Positions 58,156 through 64,000 of a DNA stretch of 64,000 bases are shown in pieces. The position numbers and the translations under genes were made by a program. Where the stretch lies: assembly GCA_018819175.1 (NCBI GenBank), contig JAHJQQ010000041.1, forward strand, positions 8,886-72,885, given 5' to 3'. The notes under the pieces were generated by a model. It was not told the DNA's origin, did no database searches, and saw nothing but the letters and a program-made list of their open reading frames with translations. Numbering within the stretch: position 1 is the first letter of the stretch; each line of letters starts with the position of its first letter. Source of the stretch: Gammaproteobacteria bacterium (lineage in GTDB: Bacteria > Pseudomonadota > Gammaproteobacteria > Thiohalobacterales > Thiohalobacteraceae).

Positions 58156-59016
58156 TCAATGTCGCCGTTCAAGGCCGAATTGTGTCCGAATGACCGCCTT
58201 GAGCGCCTGCAGCATCAACCACAGAAACAGCAATGGGAACAGGATCGTCTGCAGGATAAACACCACGATCAGGTTGATCGCATGCTCGCTGATATCCGCC
58301 GCCGCCAGCTTGAAGGCCTCGATACGCCGCTCGACATTCACCGTATCGGCCGCGGAGGCATAGGCACGCTTGGCGCTTTCGAGCCAGGATGAGGATGGCG
58401 CTTCTGAAGACGGCGCTGCGCTTTGTTGATTGATAGCACCGATTGTCTCGACACTCTGCTCGAGCTGCGCGCGCGAATCACTGTACTGCGGCTCCAGAAA
58501 GGCGGTGTAGAGCAGCTCATTGCCGATAGCGATCAGCGGAATGGCGAAGCGCAGAATGGTCAGCAACAGCGCGAGCCGATAGACCCAGCGCCTGATGCCG
58601 GTCGCCACGGCTCGTGGCCACCACAACAAGACCAGTGTTGCTGCCAGGAGCACCGCAAGCAATAACGTCAACCCAGGCCAGGCCATGACCTTGAGCAACA
58701 CCTGTTGAATGCCCAGCGAGGTCGCACTGGCGAGCATGATCCAGGAGAAGCGTTCGACCAGATCGTTGATAGGATCGAGAATCTGCCCCGGCGCCAGCAC
58801 CACGCCGATGCCGGCAGGTTCGATGGCTATTTCGGTGCCCTGCGCCACCGAGATCACACCGTTCAGACCGCGCGCGATACCGAAAGTGATCAAGGCCCGC
58901 GACAACCCGGCCTGGGTGTAATCACGTCCCAGATCATCGACCATGCCGCGCCAGGCCAGCACAACCAGCGCGACAGCCAGGCATGAGAGCAATAATTTCC
59001 AACCAATTCGCAACAT
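58156..59016 (-). CDS. Hypothetical polytopic membrane protein
   Basis: It is 286 aa with several hydrophobic helices. No motif is recognised. Confidence 0.6.
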   Translation of the reverse strand: MLRIGWKLLLSCLAVALVVLAWRGMVDDLGRDYTQAGLSRALITFGIARGLNGVISVAQGTEIAIEPAGIGVVLAPGQILDPINDLVERFSWIMLASATSLGIQQVLLKVMAWPGLTLLLAVLLAATLVLLWWPRAVATGIRRWVYRLALLLTILRFAIPLIAIGNELLYTAFLEPQYSDSRAQLEQSVETIGAINQQSAAPSSEAPSSSWLESAKRAYASAADTVNVERRIEAFKLAAADISEHAINLIVVFILQTILFPLLFLWLMLQALKAVIRTQFGLERRH

Positions 59017-59026
59017 GCGGCTAGCC

Positions 59027-59310
59027 TAGGGCCTGTTAACACTATCCGCGCCCTGGCGACGGAGGCCCGTTTGCCGCGAGCCAAGGCGTACTGAGCGCAG
59101 TGTACTCGACGTACATAAGCGAGGTGCAACGCAGGATCGCGGCAAACGGGCCCCGTCCCCCATAGATATCCAAAAGGGGGTTGCGCACCAAAAGGCGCCA
59201 TGCCGCGTTGCTCGTCGTTCATTTGGAATCACCAAACTTCTCTCCTCGCGCCTTGCCTGGCGCCTTTTGGGGCTGCAACGCCATGGCGCGGATAATGTTA
59301 ACAGGCCCTA
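59027..59310. mobile_element. MITE-like 284-bp element with 26-bp terminal inverted repeats
   Basis: The left TIR is tagggcctgttaacactatccgcgcc (59027-59052). The reverse complement of 59285-59310 is tagggcctgttaacattatccgcgcc, a 25/26 match. Internal nested inverted repeats include ccgtttgccgcga/tcgcggcaaacgg. Confidence 0.7.
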
Positions 59311-59434
59311 ACAGGGATATCCCGAACAACGCGGCCACGATCCCACCCGCGCGCCCGGATAGCGTATACTTTCGCGGCACGTTTCCGGCCCGGCCATCCC
59401 GCCACGGCCACAGGCTCCACGACCAAGGTTTCCC

Positions 59435-61432
59435 ATGTCCGATGACACGCTGACTAGTTTTGCGCAATTGGCACTTGCCGCGCCCCTCCTCAAGGCCATC
59501 GACGAGGTCGGCTACGAGGCCCCCTCGCCGATCCAGGCTGCGGCCATCCCGCCGCTGCTCGAAGGTCGGGATCTCCTCGGTCAGGCGCAGACCGGCACCG
59601 GCAAGACCGCCGCCTTTGCGCTGCCGCTGTTGAGTCGCCTGGATCTCAGTGTGCAGCAGCCGCAGATTCTGGTACTCGCACCGACGCGCGAACTGGCCAT
59701 CCAGGTCGCCGAGGCCATGCAGACCTATGCGCGGCATCTGAAAGGCTTCCATGTGTTACCGGTCTATGGTGGTCAGAGCATGGAGGTACAACTGCGTCCA
59801 CTGAAACGTGGCGTGCATGCCGTGGTCGGCACCCCTGGGCGGATTCAAGATCATCTGCGTCGCGGTACCTTGAAACTCGACAAGCTCCAGGCCCTGGTAC
59901 TCGACGAGGCCGATGAGATGTTGCGCATGGGTTTCATCGACGATGTGGAACAGATCCTCGAACACACACCCGCCGAAAAACAGGTCGCATTGTTTTCGGC
60001 AACCATGCCGCCGGCGATCCAGAAAATCGCCCAGCGTTTTCTGCGTGATCCTGTCGAAATCAAGATCGCCACCAAAACCAGCACCGTCGCCGCGATCACC
60101 CAACGTTATTGGCAGGTCACCGGCACGCATAAACTGGATGCGTTGACACGTATCCTCGAGGCCGAAGACTTCGATGCAATGATTGTCTTCGTGCGCACCA
60201 AGACTGCCACAGTGGAACTGGCCGAGAAACTGGAGGCACGCGGCTTCTCCAGCGCGCCTTTGAACGGCGATATGAATCAGGCCCTGCGCGAGCGCACCGT
60301 TGACCGTCTGAAAAAAGGCTCGCTGGATATCCTGGTCGCCACCGACGTGGCCGCGCGCGGCCTGGATGTCGAGCGCATCAGCCATGTGTTGAATTACGAC
60401 ATCCCCAACGATGTCGAGCCCTATATTCATCGTATCGGCCGCACCGGTCGCGCGGGTCGCAAAGGCACCGCCATTCTGTTCGTGTCACCGCGTGAGAAAC
60501 GCATGCTGCGCGCTATCGAACAGGCCACGCGGCAACCCATTGAGCCTATGAATCTGCCCTCGCATGCGGACATCGCCGACCGGCGCGTGTCCCAATTCAA
60601 ACAGACCCTCAGCGAAACATTGGAAGCGCAGGACCTGGGCTTCTTCACTGAGGTCATCGAGAGCTATCAGCAGGAACACAATGTGGCGCTGAGCGAAATC
60701 GCCGCTGCGCTCGCCTACCTGCTGCAGAAGGAACGCCCGCTGTTGCCGGCGCCGATGGCACCGGAACGTCCCGTTCAGTCCACGCCGCGTGAGCGCGAGC
60801 GACATACGCGCGATGACCGCCCACCGCGTCGCGCAGACCGCGAACCCCGTGAAGCACGAGCACCGGACGCACGCCCGCCACGCCGCATCCGTGATGTCGG
60901 CCCTGGCATGGAGCGTTACCGCATGGAAGTCGGCCGTGCGCAGAATATCGAGGCGAAACACATTGTCGGCGCCATTGCCAACGAGGCCGGCCTCGATAGT
61001 CAGCACATCGACAACATCAGTATCAATGATGACCATTGCACAGTCGATTTGCCGGAAGGCATGCCCAAGGACGTGCTCAAACATTTGCAGAAGACCTGGA
61101 TCTGCGGTCAACCGATGCGGCTGCACCGTCTTGATGAAGAAGCGCCGCCACTCGACAAGCCGCGTCCCCCGCGTGCGGATAGGCCAGCTAGCGGCGAGCG
61201 CCCGCCGCGGAAGGACAAACCCACGCGCAGTGATCGACCGGCACGTGGCGATAAACCGTTCCGTTCCGACAAGCCTGCACGTGGCCCAAAACCGACCAGT
61301 GCCGAGAAGCCCGCGAGCAAGGGCAAGATCTTCCACAATCCCAAACTCGCGCGCAAAGAAAAAACCAACGATGGCAGCCAGACACTGCGCGTCAGTAGAA
61401 CCGATAAGAGCAAAAAGCCGCGCAAGCCGTAA
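59435..61432 (+). CDS. deaD: DEAD-box RNA helicase DeaD/CsdA-like with a DbpA-type RNA-binding domain and a basic repeat tail
   Basis: It has [15 protein letters not shown] and [10 protein letters not shown]. The C-terminal part has RYRMEVGR...IVGAIANEAG followed by (D/E)(R/K)P repeats. Confidence 0.9.
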   Translation: MSDDTLTSFAQLALAAPLLKAIDEVGYEAPSPIQAAAIPPLLEGRDLLGQAQTGTGKTAAFALPLLSRLDLSVQQPQILVLAPTRELAIQVAEAMQTYARHLKGFHVLPVYGGQSMEVQLRPLKRGVHAVVGTPGRIQDHLRRGTLKLDKLQALVLDEADEMLRMGFIDDVEQILEHTPAEKQVALFSATMPPAIQKIAQRFLRDPVEIKIATKTSTVAAITQRYWQVTGTHKLDALTRILEAEDFDAMIVFVRTKTATVELAEKLEARGFSSAPLNGDMNQALRERTVDRLKKGSLDILVATDVAARGLDVERISHVLNYDIPNDVEPYIHRIGRTGRAGRKGTAILFVSPREKRMLRAIEQATRQPIEPMNLPSHADIADRRVSQFKQTLSETLEAQDLGFFTEVIESYQQEHNVALSEIAAALAYLLQKERPLLPAPMAPERPVQSTPRERERHTRDDRPPRRADREPREARAPDARPPRRIRDVGPGMERYRMEVGRAQNIEAKHIVGAIANEAGLDSQHIDNISINDDHCTVDLPEGMPKDVLKHLQKTWICGQPMRLHRLDEEAPPLDKPRPPRADRPASGERPPRKDKPTRSDRPARGDKPFRSDKPARGPKPTSAEKPASKGKIFHNPKLARKEKTNDGSQTLRVSRTDKSKKPRKP

Positions 61433-61462
61433 ACAACAACACAGCTCCTACAATACAAACAC

Positions 61463-61487
61463 CGTCATTCCGGCGTAGGCCGGGATA
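61463..61487. repeat. Family A repeat, left half-copy
   Basis: The sequence is cgtcattccggcgtaggccgggata. Confidence 0.65.
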
Positions 61488-61538
61488 CCGGCTTTACAAA
61501 AGTGAACATAATTCAAATACGGCAAAGCAACATCACCC

Positions 61539-62084
61539 ATGGCCCTCAAAGCAACCATTTTCAAAGTCGATCTGCAGATCTCCGACATGGACCGCAATTA
61601 TTATGCGAGCCATGCGCTGACACTGGCACAGCATCCCTCGGAAACTGATGTCCGCATGATGTTGCGCATCCTGGCCTTTGTGCGCCATGCGAGTGAACGC
61701 CTCACCTTCACCAAAGGTATCAGCACCGACGACGAACCCGATCTGTGGCAGAAAGACCTGACCGATAGCATTGAACTGTGGATCGAACTGGGACAGCCTG
61801 ATGAGAAACGCATCCGCAAGGCCTGTGGTCGCGCACAGCAGGTTGTTATTTATTGTCACAGCGGACACAGCGCCGAGCTCTGGTGGGAAAAGAACCGCGG
61901 CAGTCTGGAACGCTTCGACAATCTGTCAGTGATCAACCTGCCCGTGGAAGCCGGCCAGGCCTTGGAGAAACTTACGCAACGTACTATGCAATTGCAGTGC
62001 ACGGTACAGGATGGGGAGATCTGGCTGTCGACGGACACCGGGAGTGTGACTGTGGTGCCGGAGATATGGAAACAAGGACGCTAG
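61539..62084 (+). CDS. yaeQ: YaeQ-family protein
   Basis: The sequence reads MALKATIFK..L.ISDMDR.YY..H.LT.A.HPSET..RMM.R.LAF. Confidence 0.85.
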   Translation: MALKATIFKVDLQISDMDRNYYASHALTLAQHPSETDVRMMLRILAFVRHASERLTFTKGISTDDEPDLWQKDLTDSIELWIELGQPDEKRIRKACGRAQQVVIYCHSGHSAELWWEKNRGSLERFDNLSVINLPVEAGQALEKLTQRTMQLQCTVQDGEIWLSTDTGSVTVVPEIWKQGR

Positions 62085-62461
62085 GAAACCAATAACAGCT
62101 GCAGTTCGCTATGCAAACTACAGCTCAACAGATGAATGTCTGCTATCAGAACCCGCCCTGGGTAAACAACATATAAGCAATCCAACCCAGCACAGCAATC
62201 AGCGCCATGTGGTGAATACGCAGATTTGACCGCGGGCGGTTACTGAACAGAGGCCGCTCATCGGGCCGTATATAGACAGGCATGAAAGATTCTCCCGGTA
62301 TCTGGGCCTCGGTCGAGGCAACACGCATACCTTGCTAGCGTCAGATACCCGAAGGAACTTTAGAAATACAGCAAATACTCCTTTTGCTGTCGTCAGGCGC
62401 GTAGCTGCGCGTCCGACAGACAGCACACGCGCTCACCAAGAAGATATCAAATACCGTCCTG

Positions 62462-63550
62462 TTACTCAGCGTTAGCTGATTGCGTCGGCATGCGCAGCAC
62501 AAAGGACACACGTCGATTGCGTGCTTTTCCCTCGGCACTGCTGTTATCCGCCCGTGCGCGGGTATCGGCATAGCCGATGGCACGAATGCGCTCGGCATCC
62601 ACGCCCTGTTCGATCAGATGGCGGGTCACCATGGTCGCGCGGGCGGCTGACAACTCCCAATTCGAGGGATATAGCGCAGTCCGGATGGGCACGTTGTCGG
62701 TGTGACCTTCCACAGACAAGGCATAGGGCAAGGCCTTGAGTGTCGCGGCCAGATCATCCAGCACATCGCGACCACTGGCCGTGAGTGCCGCACTCGCTGG
62801 CGTAAATAGAATGTTGTCGCTGATGATCAGATTAATGACATCTGATTGCACACTGACTTCGACACGCCCACTCAATGCGCTGTTTTCTATATCACCCAGC
62901 AATTTCTGCATGGGATCGACAGGCACGATGTCACTCGTCAGCTGCTGTTCTTCAACGAGCTTTGCCAGTTCGTTCACAGCTTCATTGGACGTCTGAAATT
63001 CCAACTGCAGCAAATAGTGCGGATCAACCATGCTGGTTGATGGCGTCGTTTCGGACAAGAACAACGAGGAACCACCCGGCGCATCGACAAGCGGCGAATC
63101 CGCTATCAGCAACTGCTCGGGTTTTGTAACCACGATGGTCGCGGTTGGATCCGGCGTGAGATCCGCATGCACAACGCTGGGTTGTTGCTGTAATACCAGA
63201 TCCATACCCGGTATTGGTGAATCGGGCAAGGGCTGTACTTCGTCGACTGTCTCCGGTGCGGGAAGATCCGGCGTGATGATCTGAGTAACCGCCTGCACCA
63301 ATTGCGCCGGAATCAACACGCCGGCGCCGCCATCCTGATCGCTGGCACTTTTCTGATAGGCCAACAGCAACACAAACAGTGTCAGTAGCAGTGTCAGTAC
63401 ATCAATGAAACTCAGCAGCCAGGTATCCTGCTCGATACTGTTCTGCGCCTGCTCTGTCTCCCAGGGCAAACCGGCCTCGGTCCGCTGTACGGCGGCGACG
63501 CCATGCAGTTGCGGCCGTTCCCAGCTTGGCGCCTGATTGCCGGTATACAT
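62462..63550 (-). CDS. MotB/PomB-like stator protein with a C-terminal OmpA-type peptidoglycan-binding domain
   Basis: It has an N-terminal TM/plug region (WLLSFIDVLTLLLTLFVLLL). The C-terminus reads VEGHTDN.P......PSNWELSAARA..V.R.L. Confidence 0.8.
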   Translation of the reverse strand: MYTGNQAPSWERPQLHGVAAVQRTEAGLPWETEQAQNSIEQDTWLLSFIDVLTLLLTLFVLLLAYQKSASDQDGGAGVLIPAQLVQAVTQIITPDLPAPETVDEVQPLPDSPIPGMDLVLQQQPSVVHADLTPDPTATIVVTKPEQLLIADSPLVDAPGGSSLFLSETTPSTSMVDPHYLLQLEFQTSNEAVNELAKLVEEQQLTSDIVPVDPMQKLLGDIENSALSGRVEVSVQSDVINLIISDNILFTPASAALTASGRDVLDDLAATLKALPYALSVEGHTDNVPIRTALYPSNWELSAARATMVTRHLIEQGVDAERIRAIGYADTRARADNSSAEGKARNRRVSFVLRMPTQSANAE

Positions 63551-63555
63551 GCTGA

Positions 63556-64000
63556 CTAAGCCCGCACCAGGGTCAGCACTTGCGGTGACTGGCTCGGCTC
63601 GCTGTGTAACTCGAAGGCCTCCAGGGTTTCCCGGATCAGGGTCGGATGACGTTTTTCATAGGTCATCAACATGCCTTCCATCAACATGCCCATTTGCAGC
63701 AAGCGTTGATGGGTGCGGTGTTCCATTTTGATCGCCAGGGGTTTGAAAAACAGGTTGGCAGCGACAATGCCATACAGAGTCGTGATCATGGCGAACGCCA
63801 TACTGTTACCGATTTCACCCAGTCCGCTGTCGCCCAGACCGGACAGCATATGCACCAAACCGAACAACGTGCCGAGCATACCGAAGGCCGGCGCCAGCAC
63901 CGCCATGGTGCGGAGAATCTGTGACTCGCCCTGCTCGCGCGTGCGCAAACCGGACATACGCCACTGCAGCGACTTGGCCAGATCCTGTGGCTGACACCCA
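63556..64000 (-). CDS. MotA/PomA/ExbB-family proton channel, 5' end beyond the window
   Basis: It contains ...LAPAFGMLGTLFGL... and the frame stays open to nt 64000 (QPQDLAKSLQWRMSGL...). Confidence 0.8.
   Translation of the reverse strand, partial: GCQPQDLAKSLQWRMSGLRTREQGESQILRTMAVLAPAFGMLGTLFGLVHMLSGLGDSGLGEIGNSMAFAMITTLYGIVAANLFFKPLAIKMEHRTHQRLLQMGMLMEGMLMTYEKRHPTLIRETLEAFELHSEPSQSPQVLTLVRA

Noticed and set aside
62146-62328. A 60-aa minus-strand ORF with a hydrophobic C-terminus (possible 45-aa membrane peptide from MPVYIRPDE...).
   Set aside because: It is plausible but unsupported. It has no recognisable family and no clear RBS, so I left it out of the features.

Overview
This is a chromosomal segment with gammaproteobacterial-type gene order, and it is almost fully coding. 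All calls rest on motif recognition in the supplied translations and my own reading of the DNA. No database search, RNA folding or statistics could be run.

Housekeeping blocks:
- mtnP-hpt salvage genes
- nagZ next to a peptide-type ABC importer
- sdhCDAB-sdhE-ygfX, divergent from ygfZ
- prfB (+1 frameshift) and lysS
- a DAHP synthase, mlaA and tRNA-Pro(GGG)
- thrS-infC-rpmI-rplT-pheST-ihfA-merR
- feoB
- two DEAD-box helicases (rhlE-like and deaD-like)
- yaeQ and a MotAB-like stator pair
- two GGDEF-EAL genes

There is one clear accessory block at about 34.2-49.15 kb. It lies between a decayed tRNA 3' fragment beside thrS and Fic/RAYT gene remnants. It carries:
- hipBA, with three phased palindromes
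- a 2310-aa RTX protein with an N-terminal GHSLGG lipase domain, in which I found no Cys
- a tightly linked 2-TM protein, which I flag as a possible immunity or accessory factor
- a HlyB/HlyD type I secretion pair, interrupted by a GxxExxY gene and by a 3 x 152 bp tandem duplication that copies the ABC gene's 3' end

Other accessory-looking items:
- a GNAT / unknown / mini-secretin three-gene operon
- a decayed ParDE-like pair
- a feoB-linked Cys-rich lipoprotein
- a partial dockerin-like protein at the left edge

Several families of palindromic REP/MITE-like repeats are scattered through the window. They occur inside operons and in one case inside a coding region.
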